A DNA stretch of 63,054 bases, counting the filler, from Hyphochytrium catenoides (taxonomy: Eukaryota > Protista > Hyphochytriomycota): assembly GCA_900088475.1 (NCBI GenBank). It is 5 parts of 5 records of this genome, joined end to end, with 100 filler letters (N's around TTAATTAATTAA, not from the genome) between each part and the next. Parts side by side here need not be neighbours in the genome. Positions count along the whole stretch, not along the records: positions 50,221 to 53,801 come from FLMG01000749.1; positions 53,902 to 58,336 come from FLMG01004736.1; positions 58,437 to 63,054 come from FLMG01000875.1; 2 more parts are not named here. The stretch is one strand, 5' to 3'. Position numbers and translations under genes: made by a program. The notes beneath the pieces are model-generated. The model made no database searches. It was given only the letters and a program-made list of their open reading frames with translations, and was not told the DNA's origin. Positions 50,364 to 61,919 of this stretch are shown piece by piece. Position 1 is the stretch's first letter, and each line of letters opens with the position of its first letter.

Positions 50364-51536
50364 CTAAGCAAATGATCGCCGCATTGCTTCATAACGCTCT
50401 ATCTGTCGCCTTTGATCGTCTTCCATATCACCATGAGTCTGATCTAACTTCCTCTTCCCATCATCGGTGAGGGTTTCCAGTTTCCTTCGCTTGGACCCCA
50501 CCAGCTCATGCTCCAGCAAAGACTTGACAGTGTCGCATACAATCTCCCTGAGGGCGGTGTACCTATAGCGATATATATCAGGGTACTTCGTTGTGTAGGT
50601 GCACTCCTTGTTGATGCGAGAAAAGATGGCGTGGAAGTCTTCTTGCAGGGTCTTAGGGATAAATAGAAGGAAAGCCGGTGCCTCCATAGCAGACGGATGA
50701 AGCCCTTGGTCTGCGAATGACGATCTGATTACTTCCGCAATCTCTACGAACCACGCAGAGAGACCAACTGAGAAAAATCGACATCCAGGGGCTTTGGGTG
50801 AGTTCATGATGACCAAGTGCATATCTGCACAGTCGCGCACGTCCACAATGTGCAGGCGGTAGTGCGGTATCGTGGGCATCCTGCCTTCCGCGATGTCAGC
50901 AATCATCGCCAGCGGGAACTTGCCCGCCCAGCGAAAGAGTGTGGGCCCAAGCACAACGCCTGGATTTACAGCCGCGAGTTCTACGCCTCGGGGGTTAGTG
51001 CGCTTGTTCCGTGAGAGCTCCCAGGCACGGCGTTCTGCCATGGTCTTGCTCTCATAATAGTCTCCCACTCCAGGGCCGTCTACTATAGTCCAGTCATCCT
51101 CAGTAAAGTCTGTCTTTGAAGATCGGTGCCCGTACGCAATGGCTGCTTCGGAGCTAGTGATAACCACGCGTTGAACAGATTTCGACATAAAAACGGCCCG
51201 CAATACGTTCTCCATTCCAAAGACGGCAGCTTCTACCACGTCAGGATCGGCTCTGCCCTTCTCCGAACGTCTAGAAGAAGCAACATGGAAGACCCACTTG
51301 CAGCCCTCTACGGCGCGGCTCCATTTCTTTCTACCGTCTTCGCCTCCCTGCCGCATATCTGCCTCGTAAAGCTCAATCCCGGGAAGAGCTTTGCGAACTT
51401 CTGGTAGCCGGTCATCACCCTCGAGATGCCGAACAGTTCCTCGGACGCAAAATCCTCTCTCAAGAAGGCGCTTAGCGACCCAGGACCCAACATACCCCGT
51501 CACTCCTGTCACGAGGCACTCATCACCTGCCTCCAT
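50364..51536 (-). CDS. NAD(P)-dependent epimerase/dehydratase (extended SDR, dihydroflavonol-reductase/aldehyde-reductase-like), intronless
   Basis: CLVTGVTGYVGSW (TGxxGxxG), VRGTVR, VFHVAS, RVVITSSEAA, YYESK (YxxxK), VNPGVVLGP, IVDVRDCADMH. First ATG at 51536. Confidence 0.92.
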   Translation of the reverse strand: MEAGDECLVTGVTGYVGSWVAKRLLERGFCVRGTVRHLEGDDRLPEVRKALPGIELYEADMRQGGEDGRKKWSRAVEGCKWVFHVASSRRSEKGRADPDVVEAAVFGMENVLRAVFMSKSVQRVVITSSEAAIAYGHRSSKTDFTEDDWTIVDGPGVGDYYESKTMAERRAWELSRNKRTNPRGVELAAVNPGVVLGPTLFRWAGKFPLAMIADIAEGRMPTIPHYRLHIVDVRDCADMHLVIMNSPKAPGCRFFSVGLSAWFVEIAEVIRSSFADQGLHPSAMEAPAFLLFIPKTLQEDFHAIFSRINKECTYTTKYPDIYRYRYTALREIVCDTVKSLLEHELVGSKRRKLETLTDDGKRKLDQTHGDMEDDQRRQIERYEAMRRSFA

Positions 51537-53801
51537 TGATACTTGTAGAGCTACTGGACCGTAATCCTCCGTCTTCAAGCTTCTGACTTACCCCTGCGAA
51601 ATGGACTCTTTCGTCAGCCATGCAGTTCTACCGCCACATGTACAGCCGTTTTCACCGTTAAGAAGCACCTCAGGTCGCTATTGTCTTCTATTGGCCTCTT
51701 TACCTATGACTGCCTCTTCTCTTTGTTTCCCAAGCACGAGCTGTACTGCCCGCTGCTTCAGAATGGAGAGGTGGATAGAGCTGCCGTAGAAAACTGGTGA
51801 GGAGAGGTGGATAAAGCTGGTACCTCTGGCGTAAAGAGCCACTTCTATGGTGAACCTACTGCTTCCTAGTGTCAATGATGCGTGCCTGGAAGGCTTGAGT
51901 CGTCCACCGAGGATATGCAATGAGCTCCTGCTAACGAAGCTTTGCCTTGGCGGCCATGGTCAGAATAATGCGAAAAATGCAATGACACTGGGCAATCGGC
52001 AGTGCGGCTCAGAAAGACTTCGAAGAAGATTGACCAACATCCGCGGCTGAAAGTGTAAAATTTGGGAAACATGGAAGCTCTCTTTTCCCTTTCAAACTGC
52101 CTAATTCCTAACTCCAAAAAGGTCTTTTTTATAAAGGAAATGTATATTTGACACTTCGGCTCTATTATTATAAGTCTCGCACTGAACTATACTTCCCTAC
52201 CTGTAATTGTGGACTGTGGTGGTTCCCTGGTCTTTGTCCCTCTTCTCTCTGCACAACTTCAATTCCAGATCTGTTCCTATCCAAACCGCATCTGTACCTT
52301 TATTATTTATACTACTAAGAAACTGCTTACATACTTATACAGGTACACGGAAGACTTACAGTATCTATCAACTAGATGTACAGCGGGAGTACAGCCGCTT
52401 ACATCGCACAACGGCGTTCCCCCCATCGTTCTGCCGTTCTGCCCCATCAGCCCATCAGCCCATTCACAAGGTCGGTCGTTACAAAACTCAGTGCCCACAG
52501 CAGGCAACAAGGCCGCCGCCTGAATGAGAGGATGACAGACAGACAGACAGACAGACAGCGAGAGGTCCGTCCCATCATCATCTTCCACACTACCAGGCAG
52601 CTCGCGATCCGTGCCTGAGGTGAGACCTGGCGGAGAGATGAGAGGAGGGCGGGCTCTGCAGCAGCAGAGGAGGGCGACCAAGGAGGTAGTAGGTTGGAGG
52701 AGGAGAAGGAGGAGGAGGAGGGTAAAGAGAAGAGGTTAGAGAGACAGGAAGCAAGAGCGAGCCGTGGTTGCTGAGAGGAGAACGGAGGGAAGAGAAGGAG
52801 GAGGAAGAAGGGATGATGCTGGAGGAGAAAGGAGGGAAGAGAAGGAGGAGGAAGAAGGGATGATGGAGAGGAGGAGGAGGAGAGGGGCAATCAGTCGAAG
52901 TCAGGAGAGGGTAAAGAAGAAGGCGAAAGCAACACCAGCAGCAGGCGGAAGGAAGAGGAAGAGCCAGGAGAAGGGGGAGGTTTCACACTGTTCTTTGGCC
53001 GTTTGTCTCTTTTTTGAGGTCCCTTACCGGCACTGTCAGCGTAAGGGGCACAACAGCAGTACTACTTGTAGTAGGGCGAGAAGGTAACCTGAAGCGTTTA
53101 AGTCCTTCTCCTTATTAGTAGAGGATAGTGGTGCTGAAGCCAGAAAGGCCCTTTGTTTCTAGTCTTGTCGAAGCCAAGGACCCACTCCTCTCAAATACTG
53201 CCTCCAAGGTGGTGAGCTCATCACGTAGCAAGAACTTTCTTCATTGGCTAGGAGGGAGGAATTGTCGATGGTGCGCTACGGAAACATGATTGCCATATTC
53301 TGCCTAGTGTATGGGGCCACAAGGTGTTTTTTCTATCCTTCAGATCATGGGAAGCAGATCAGTAACAATGCGATTGTGTCCACGAGTGGTGGGCAGTGCC
53401 AGAGATATGCGGGGCAATAAGGGCAAGGCACAGAGACAGAAGAGAGAGGGCGATATAGTCCGTCAAACGAGTTGGCGCTCCGGCCCCTAGTGGCTCTAAG
53501 ATCAATCCCCTAGATAATAACAGATAGCTCCCGCATAATGAGCTCCATTATCAACAAAGCGACTTTTCACGACTGAAAGATTTACCTGGATGGGCGGGAG
53601 GCTCGCCCATCGGATGATGATGGTCCTGTCACAATGACAAGAAGATTATTCCTGGAGGTGCTGTCTTCCGTTAAAAGGAGCGTGAAGAACATGCCTCATA
53701 GAAGCCAGGAGAAGAAGGAAGAAACAGGATAATGGCAGAAGACGTCGTTCACCGCGGCGGGAAGAGTCCTATAGACTCCTATCCCTGTCAAACATTACCG
53801 G

Positions 53802-53901
53802 NNNNNNNNNNNNNNNNNNNNNNNNNNNNNNNNNNNNNNNNNNNNTTAATTAATTAANNNNNNNNNNNNNNNNNNNNNNNNNNNNNNNNNNNNNNNNNNN
53901 N
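53802..53901. other. Artificial contig-joining spacer
   Basis: 44N-TTAATTAATTAA-44N. Confidence 0.97.
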
Positions 53902-54251
53902 GCTAAGGTCGAGAGCGACTGCAGCAGGTGTGACCCTGGTCTCTCTTTCTCTCTCTTCTTCGCTCTTGTCCCCCTATGTGTCTCTCTTTCTTTACCCATA
54001 TCTCTTTCTCTCTTTTCTCCTTGTGATCTCTTTCTCCTTCTTACTCTCTCTCTAAATCTCTAAATCTCTCTCTCTCTCTCTCTAAACCTTTCGTGCCCTA
54101 TCGGAGTCTCCGCAATTCATCTCTTCCATTTGGTCTCCTTGTCGCGGTCTCCTTTCCCTTTTCTTGGGATATGCTTGCTCTCTCTCTCTCTCTCTTTCTC
54201 TCTTGTTCTCTACGTCCTCCCTGCTGCCTTGTTAAAATAGATCTCTCTTCT

Positions 54252-54304
<53 letters not shown>

Positions 54305-54466
54305 TTCTCTATCTCAAGTGCAAAAAGAGGGGGAGACCTGGGTCCCTTTGGCAAGGGGAAGATGCAAGCAGCTTTTGAGAAAGCGTCCTTCAACCTCAAA
54401 GTGGGAGAACTGAGCGACATGGTGGAGACAGACAGCGGAGTGCATATCATCCTTCGCGTGAAATAA
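53902..54466 (+). CDS. PIN1: 3' part of a Pin1-type parvulin peptidyl-prolyl isomerase (5' truncated by the contig end)
   Basis: Exons 53902-53927 and 54319-54466 give AKVESDCS|[49 protein letters not shown]. This is not in the ORF track. Confidence 0.92.
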
Positions 54467-54809
54467 GAGAGAGAGAGAGAGAGAGAAGAAAGTTCCCTTT
54501 CTCTCTCCCTATCTGTCCGTTCGTCTTTCCTTACTGCCTTCCAATTGCTTATTAGTCTCTCCTTTTCTTTTCCTCTCTCTCACTCTCTCTCTCCTGTCTC
54601 TGCTCTTCTTCCCCAAAGTGGGACCAAGAACTCTTTCTTGTGCATGACGGACAGTAAGGCCGGCTGTCAAGGTCCTGTCCCAGCCCTAGCTTATGCCCTA
54701 TGCGTTGTAGGAGAGAAGACAAAAAAGAGAAAGAAAGAGAGAGACAGAGTTCGATCTCTCTTCTAAAAAGTAAGAAGAGCCATCTTCTTCTCTCTTCTTT
54801 TTCCCTCTC

Positions 54810-56545
54810 CTAGTCCCAATCTGAAGGCTCTGATGCGGGATGGAAGTCCACCTGTGAGAGCAGCAGAAGAGGAGTAAGAGGTGCAACGTCTTCTGAGCAA
54901 TCGAGACTGAAGGAGTTGCTTCAAAAGAAAGAGAGAGAGAGAGAGAGAGAGGACGGGAGGCAGCAACAGAGAGAGTTGAAACGAGAAAGAGCATAAGGGA
55001 ATAAAAAGACGCACAAGAGTTGAGCCAAAGAGGAGAGAGGGAAGGAAGAGAGAGAGCAAGAGAGAGAGAGAGAGACTCCAGAGTATAAGTCCCTTCGGAA
55101 AGACTGGAAGAGCTGAGCAAAGAAAGACCATTGTATATAGTTGACCACAGAGAGAGAGAAAGAGGGGAAAGAGAGAGAGAGAGACGACCAGTCTGAAAAC
55201 AATTGTCCCACCTCCTTGTTATAGACGTAGCCTGGGTCTCCCGGCCTGAGCGCGTTGGCTTCAAAGGAAACGTTCATCACGGCCTTTGCGGACCTCAACG
55301 CAAAGTCTGAAGCTTTGTTGAGATCCACATCCAGCGCAGGAGGAAGAGGCTTCACACTGGGACTTCTCTCTCCCACGGCGCGGAGAGTGGAAGTGGCTGA
55401 AGATGCCGCGGGAGGCGCGGGCTTCTTAAGAGGCTTTGCCTTCATTTCCTGCGTGAGCGCCAAGGGTCAAAGGGAGAGAGAGAGAGAGACAAAAAGAGAA
55501 AGAGAGAGAGAAACCGGGGGAAAGGCGGTGGGGGTTAAAGAGAGAGAGATAGGGAGAGGGGAAAAAGAGAGACAATTCCTGGGTTGCAGAAGCCTTTACA
55601 TCGCTTATCTCAGGCAGCGAGAGGGTCCAAAGGGAGATTATGAGAGACAACTAGAGAATAAAGGAGAGAGAGAGAGAGAGAGACAAAAAAAAGAGAGACA
55701 CTGTCCTGCTTCGCAGATGCCCTTACATCGCTTATCTCCGTCAAAAGATTGTCCAGCGAGAGCTCTTCCACATTGTCTTCTTCGTCCTCTCCTGCCTCCT
55801 CCTCTTCAACAACCTCAAAATCTTCTTCATAGTCCGCCTCTTCCTTTGTAAGCTCTCTCTCTTTAGCAGGCAAGAGATGCTGTGCCTCTTTCTTTGTCTC
55901 TTTTTGAGTGGTTGTCGGCCCTGTGAGAGACAGTTTTCCTTAGCATTTGAAATCAGCGGAAGGAGAGAGAAAAACACGTTCACCCTTACCTTTCTTACTT
56001 TCTTGTTCTCTCCGCCCTCTCTCTTCTATCAGCGTCAGCAGCCTCTTTAGCAAACTAGCCACCTGCCAGAGAGAGAGAGAGAGCGAGAGCGTGCGATATA
56101 GTCAGGGAGAGAGAGAGAAAGAGTGAAGGAACAGAGAGAGAGAGAGAGAGAGAACAGAAAGAGAGAACAGAAAGCGGAGCATCGGAGAGAAGCGCAGAGA
56201 AGAAGAAAACAGAATGGACGAGAAGAGAAGAGGGAAGAGAAGAGGAAGAGAAGATAAGAAGAAAGGAGAGCCTCTCCAGCACAGAGAGAAAGACAGCTGC
56301 TCATTCAGGGAGAGAGACTCTCTCTCTCTCCTGACCTGCTCGAGATCTATTCCTTGGCTGAAGTACTTCTCATGCTGCCTCTGGAGGTGGCGCGCGCCGG
56401 TGTGAGAGTCCGAGAGGATGTCTGGGTCCAGGGGCATGAGGTGATGGCGCATCTCTCCTGAGGCGCACAGCCGGTACTCCAGCACCAGAGCAGGAGGAGA
56501 GGAGCTCAAGGCAAAGCGAAGCGGCTGGATGGCTGTAGTGGACAT
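54810..56545 (-). CDS. CEP19: CEP19-like centriolar/ciliary protein (multi-exon)
   Basis: The N-terminus QPLRFALSSSPPALVLEY...RHHLMPL...LQRQHEKYF...IDLEQ|VASLLKRL and the C-terminus DLNKASDFALRSAKAVMNVSFEANALRPGDPGYVYNKE|VDF...SDWD* match the two conserved CEP19 blocks. Confidence 0.85.
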
Positions 56546-56611
56546 GTTCCGCTCTCTCTCTCTCTTTATATTTCTCTCTCTCTCCCTCACTCTCTCTCGC
56601 TCTCCCTCCCC

Positions 56612-56642
<31 letters not shown>

Positions 56643-56682
56643 TGCTCTTTTTTCCCTCCCCTTCCCCTTTCCTTTTCTCCCC

Positions 56683-56716
<34 letters not shown>

Positions 56717-57303
56717 GCTTCCCTCCCTTTCTCTCTCTTTCTTTTCTCTCTCTCTCTGTCTCTCTCTTTCCCTCCCTTTTCTCTCTTTTTCCTCTCTACC
56801 TATCTCTGTTTGTGTCTCTCTCTCGCTGCTCTCTCTCTCTCTCTGTGGGTAGGTCTCTGTCTGAGGAGTCTATGGTGCTGGTCTTTGGCTGTGATTAGAA
56901 AAGACAGGCGGAAGAGAGAAGGAGCCCAGTGAGAGGCTAGCGAACAGACTAATTCGACTTTCTCTCGTCCTCTATCGGCGTCTCTCCCTCGTCTTTTCAC
57001 CGAAGACTAAGCGCTCTGTCGCCCTTCTTCTCTCTTCTCTCTCTTCCTGAGGCTTGGTCTCCAAGCTGTGGTTCCTTCTCCTCCTTTCCGGCCGCTCCCT
57101 GATGTCTCATCACGATGCGTGGCCTCCTGATAAAGAGAGAAATAGAGACGGAAAGAGGAGCAAAAGAGAGGGAAAGAGACAAGAATGAAGGAGAGAGATA
57201 GAGACAGAAGAGAGGGTAACGAGAGAGGGACTGAGACCCTCGGAGAGAAAAACAGTGAGGGAGAAAAGCAACACATGTAAACAGAGAGAAGGGAAGTGGA
57301 GAC

Positions 57304-57349
<46 letters not shown>

Positions 57350-57477
57350 AACGAGAGAGAGAGAGAAAGAGAAGAGGGAGACAGAGAGAAAAAGAGAAGA
57401 GAGAGTGAGAGAGAAAGAGAAGTGGGAGGCAGAGAGAAAAAGAGAAGAGAGAGATACAGAGAGAGAAAGAGAGAGAG

Positions 57478-57553
<76 letters not shown>

Positions 57554-57568
57554 GAACAAGAAATCTGT

Positions 57569-57717
57569 TGTAACTAACGTCCTTTCGATTACGCTCGTAG
57601 GAAGATCTGTGTTTGTCCTTGTTGTAATATGTCGTATGTCTATGCGACAACCACCTCTTTAAAGAGCACACAACTTGCCTCGATGGTGCGCACGATATCG
57701 AATCGCTTGGGGTTACA
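57569..57717 (-). mobile_element. Possible short Ty3/Gypsy-type LTR remnant
   Basis: 149 bp bounded by TGTAAC...GTTACA. On the minus strand it is preceded by a purine-rich PPT-like AAAAGGGAATGGTGGATC. No TSD and no second copy in the window. Confidence 0.35.
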
Positions 57718-58336
57718 GATCCACCATTCCCTTTTAGCTCTTGTGAAGTGGGCCATCACTGTTCATACCTGGAGCAAGAAAGAGAGATGAGGCGCACTAT
57801 GTTCCACCTTTTTGTTCTCAACCCATGCTGTACCTGTGGATGGTGGAGCGCACAATATGAGTTCGGTCTTTACTTTCTCTCATCCGTCACCATCATTATT
57901 ATGGACTGTCAGTCAACAGTCCATCATCTGCCTCGGCGCAACAAGCGCCAGAAGTCATCAAGCCCATCGTCGTTGGCGATGTGAGATGACTTGATGATGG
58001 TCAACGATGGGGACCGGTTGCTGATGATGGCTACGTGCGAGTTCTATCATCGCTGAACTGTGCCCAAGCGCCGTTTAGGCGTGCGCCGCAAGGAGGCCTC
58101 CTCTGCGTGTGGCGGTGCTTGTCAACATTGGCTCACTCGAGGAGCGCCAAGTTTTGACATCCATCATGATCGATGGTAGGTCTATTAGCCGAGAGTAAGT
58201 GACTGCTTCGCCGTGTCCGTCCTCTCCTTTTCAAGGCAGGAAAGGATGACCAGCGCTGCTCCTGATGACGGCAACCCCAGCCTGCGACAGCCCGCTAGAA
58301 AAGTCGCTCCATCCATAAGCAGCAACCATAATAAGA

Positions 58337-58436
58337 NNNNNNNNNNNNNNNNNNNNNNNNNNNNNNNNNNNNNNNNNNNNTTAATTAATTAANNNNNNNN
58401 NNNNNNNNNNNNNNNNNNNNNNNNNNNNNNNNNNNN
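58337..58436. other. Artificial contig-joining spacer
   Basis: 44N-TTAATTAATTAA-44N. Confidence 0.97.
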
Positions 58437-59639
58437 TTAAAGATAAAGTTTCGTTTACAGTGTCCCGGTGCAGTTGCTCTAACGCCTTTATCCTGTGCAC
58501 CTTGCTTCCGGGGGCCTCGACCATCTAGGGACAGGCTGGGCGGTGGGCAGTGATTTCTTCTCAACTGGATATAAAGTAGACGGGGCAGGGAAGCGCCTGA
58601 CCAGCAGACAGAAGAGATCTCAGAAGAGCCCAATAATAGCAGCCTCAAGGCCTGAAAAAAGAAGGAGGAAGCTGTGATGATTATTCTGCATTGTTGAGTG
58701 CCCTCTGCTTGTCTGCAGAGGGGCCTGGTAACGGTTGATTCCTTCCAGCAGGAGGAGTGCTGGGGTTGTGCATGTGTGATGAGTCCTTTTTGTCCTGCTT
58801 TATAGGGGAGGGAGCTGCACAGAGACTTCCCAAGGCGATAAAGGCCCGCCGCCCCACTAATGATTGCCGGCACTTCCAAAGAAAGGTGGTGCACTCAGAC
58901 GAGACTAACTCTACGAGCTGGGATGATGGGATGGGGTAGCTGTAGAAGCTGCTGTCTGCTGTATGATGAGTCAGAGGCAGAGTTGCCCTGATGGCTGGTG
59001 TACCCATCTGCTGAGTTACTTCTCCACCTCGGACACAGCAACAGCGGCCAGATGTCAGATTGCTGTCAGAGGGGCAAGTCTTTGAGGACGATTTGTATCA
59101 AAGCGACACGATGAACACTCTCTTGCTGATGAGCTACGTCATCTGTATTCGTCTCTCTCTCTTTTATCTCTCTGTGCCTCTTCTGCTGCTCTTCTTGATC
59201 CCCTCTCTATTTGTCTCTTGCTCATCAATCTTCTGAGCCTCAAAAAATTCTCGGTTGTCTTATCTGTTTGTATAGGTGTCTCTTTTATGATTCCTCCACC
59301 CTCGTAGCTGCTACTTTTCTCTTCTCCATCTTGCGCTTCTTGTACCTCTCTCTTCTAAAGCTCTTCTCTCTTCCCTTTCCCTCTTTCCGCTCCTTTCTAT
59401 GGCTTTTGTCCTGGTCTCACTTGCTTTAGCGCTTTCCAATCTCTCCCCAACAAGGATCTATCTTTGTACAATATGCGGTATCGCATCATGGCTTTAGCAG
59501 CTGTTTTCCTACGTCGCCTCCGAGGTGCTGAGGACAAAGCTAAGTAAGCCTTTTGCTGCACAAATATTCAGGCCAGGACTACTACGGCGGGGAGACAGAA
59601 GAGATCACATCAGACCGCGGATAACGTCTGTGAGCTAGC

Positions 59640-60425
59640 TAAAGCAAGAGGGATGCAATATATGTAGCTTTTTAGGGAGTACTCCGTGCCTCTCTCGCTC
59701 GGTGACCGTGCTGCTTACAGTTGTAGCACCGTCCCTTGAACTCTCCTCTCTTTTTGCTCGGGGGATTTTTGGGTCCAGGCGTAGTCTCCTCCTCCTGCTG
59801 CCTACTGGTGCCCGCTTGGAATAATGCCACCGGGGATCCCGTTTGCTTGTTGGATCCTTGTCCGCCTCCAGGACTTGAGTAGGTAGCATTCAGTCTGCCC
59901 CTTCGCTCTCTCCTGTCGACTTCCTCCAATAGTGTCGCCATAACCATGTTGGCCGTCAGCACCTTATGCCGATTGGGGAGACACCTCATGGACAAGACAA
60001 AGCTGTCATAGCTTCTAGGTAAGCTATTGAAGATCCGCAGTACAAAGTCCTCCTCTCCAATCTTGTAGGGCGTCCCGTCGAGCCTGTTCTTCAGATCCAT
60101 CAAGTCCCCCAGATGCTCCTTGACCAAGCCTCCCTCTGCGAGCTGAAGTGTCAGAAAGTTCATCTTCAAGAACTTGGGGGTCATTGTGACCCTTGTTTTG
60201 GAAGATATCCCTCAGGTTGACCCATCATGCCTGACCAGGGGTGTTCACTCCTCTAACATGAACCCTCTGAGCCTTTCCTATGGACAGGAGAAGATACTCC
60301 ATCTCGTATGCCCAGTCCCGATAGTTGTCGAAGCCAAGCTCTGCTAGAGCAAAGGCGTTCTTGGTTGTCGGCATGACGTTGGCGCTGTCCATGTTCGAAG
60401 AATGGGTCACGTGGGCCCAGTGACC
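59640..60425 (-). mobile_element. Degenerate Ty1/Copia retrotransposon gag remnant
   Basis: Broken frames encode LGFDNYRDWAYEMEYLL (Copia gag N-terminus), IFNSLPRSYDSFV (UBN2-like) and CYNCKQHGH (Zn knuckle, last Cys lost). Upstream GGTCACTGGGCCCAC resembles the copia PBS GGTTATGGGCCCA. No pol recognised. Confidence 0.85.
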
Positions 60426-61031
60426 TTTAGCTGAGTGCTCGTTGAGAGCTAGTGTTGGACTTGTGCTCTTCGTAGGAGATTGATGAATGAATTAGTTGAT
60501 CGAAGTGACCAAGTGCTCATCAAGCTCTTGTCTAGTGAATCTTCTAGAGCTAACTGGCTAAACTACGTAAGTCGCTAACTTACTACTGAACTACTGAGCC
60601 ACTTCCTATATCCAAGTTCTACGATGAAAGAGCAACACATGCAAAGAAGATAGAAGTAGAAGGGAGTGAGAGAGAAAGACCTCAGAAGAGACACGAAGGA
60701 AGAAAAGCTTTCAAGAGCTTCGGTCCTTGTGTCCCGTGAGAAGTTCAGAGCGCCATCAGAACTTCCATCTGCAAAGTCTAACGCAGAAGACCAGCACGGT
60801 CTAGTGCATAGACAGTGCGCGAGAGACTTCCAGTGCAGAGTCCGAGCGTCAGCAGTAACTTCCAGTACTCATTACAGGGACAATCCATTAAGCACTCTAT
60901 AATTCTAGAGTAACTTTCTTGTTATACCAAAGCAAACTGATCACAGCAAAGATAATAGATATCATCTACTTCAATTAAGTTGCGTTCAGGTTTTGGCTTA
61001 ACAAGAAAGTTACTCTGTTCAATAAACAACG

Positions 61032-61637
61032 CTACAGATAGCTGTCACGAGTGCACCAGTGAGTTTTTGCTTCTTCTGCAGTAACATCCAGACTGCAAGT
61101 CCAATTGGGACACCCTACTATCCGCTTGTTGCATTTAGACTCTTCATGGATCCGAAGTTTCTTCTGCTTCATGGTCTGTCCACAGAATCGGCACATATGT
61201 TGCTCAATCACCAGGTTATTGAAAAGCCACTCAAGTAGTGCCTGTGTTGCTTCAGGACTATTCCTCTTAGAGATATGAAAGATGGTAGCTTCCATCGCAG
61301 TGGACAGCTCTCTATTGCTTAACGAACTTCCACCATTGGCGTTTGGTGGTAGGATCTCTTCAAGATGTAGCTGGTTTGCCCAGTATGCCTGCGCTGTTTC
61401 TTCAGTGTATACCTTCGCCCGATCAGTCAACTCCTCTGCTGACGCAGGGTTCTGGGCATTGGAACTTCTGGAACGAAGCCACTTTATAACGGCTAGTTCC
61501 AATACTGCATCCCCTTCAACGGCATCCATCTCAGTTGTACCATCACCACCAGCGCTTCTCAAAATGACCTTACTTCGGATATAATCGTCCGTCAGGTTGC
61601 ATCGTTGCAGATAGGTCCCATACTTGAATGCTGCCAT
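61032..61637 (-). CDS. Intronless 201-aa protein: divergent RNase III nuclease domain + TRAF-type zinc finger, no dsRBD
   Basis: GDAVLELAVIKWL...ELTDRAKVY...AQA..ANQLHLEEIL...ELSTAMEATI follows the RNase III helix pattern. C-terminus: CRFC-x11-H-x4-C..RIVGCPN..C...H.C. Confidence 0.72.
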   Translation of the reverse strand: MAAFKYGTYLQRCNLTDDYIRSKVILRSAGGDGTTEMDAVEGDAVLELAVIKWLRSRSSNAQNPASAEELTDRAKVYTEETAQAYWANQLHLEEILPPNANGGSSLSNRELSTAMEATIFHISKRNSPEATQALLEWLFNNLVIEQHMCRFCGQTMKQKKLRIHEESKCNKRIVGCPNWTCSLDVTAEEAKTHWCTRDSYL

Positions 61638-61919
61638 TGCGGAAAGAGCGGGCCAGAGAAGACAAAGCAACGAGGACAGAAAGGACGGGCTTCGCGCAGA
61701 CAGGAAATTTGCAAAGTGGCTATGAGAAAGAAGATCGCGGCGTGGGGTCCACGAGCTTCCGTTTCCACTTGAAAGTTATTCTAAAAGCTTCGTCTTATTC
61801 TCGATCGTATTTGACTATCGTGAGCAAAACAGAAATAGTGATATCATTAATCTTGATACCATTAGCGTAGAAGAAATCCTCAACTTGTCCCCTTGATGTA
61901 AAGGCTTTTATAATCCTAC

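Noticed and set aside
77-57671. Hundreds of ORFs rich in RERERE or SLSLSL
   Set aside because: Stop-free by-products of (AG)n/(CT)n microsatellites, mostly intronic or antisense to real exons.
23932-58392. Perfect palindrome TTAATTAATTAA occurring four times
   Set aside because: Always centred in 44N+44N, so it is an artificial six-frame-stop linker. Gene adjacency across these points (e.g. PIPK-ACOX, SDR-Pin1, CEP19-Copia) is meaningless.
59429-59450. PPT-like GGGGAGAGA followed by TTGG as the start of a Copia 3' LTR
   Set aside because: The downstream sequence does not match the region upstream of the PBS-like site, so no LTR pair is supported.
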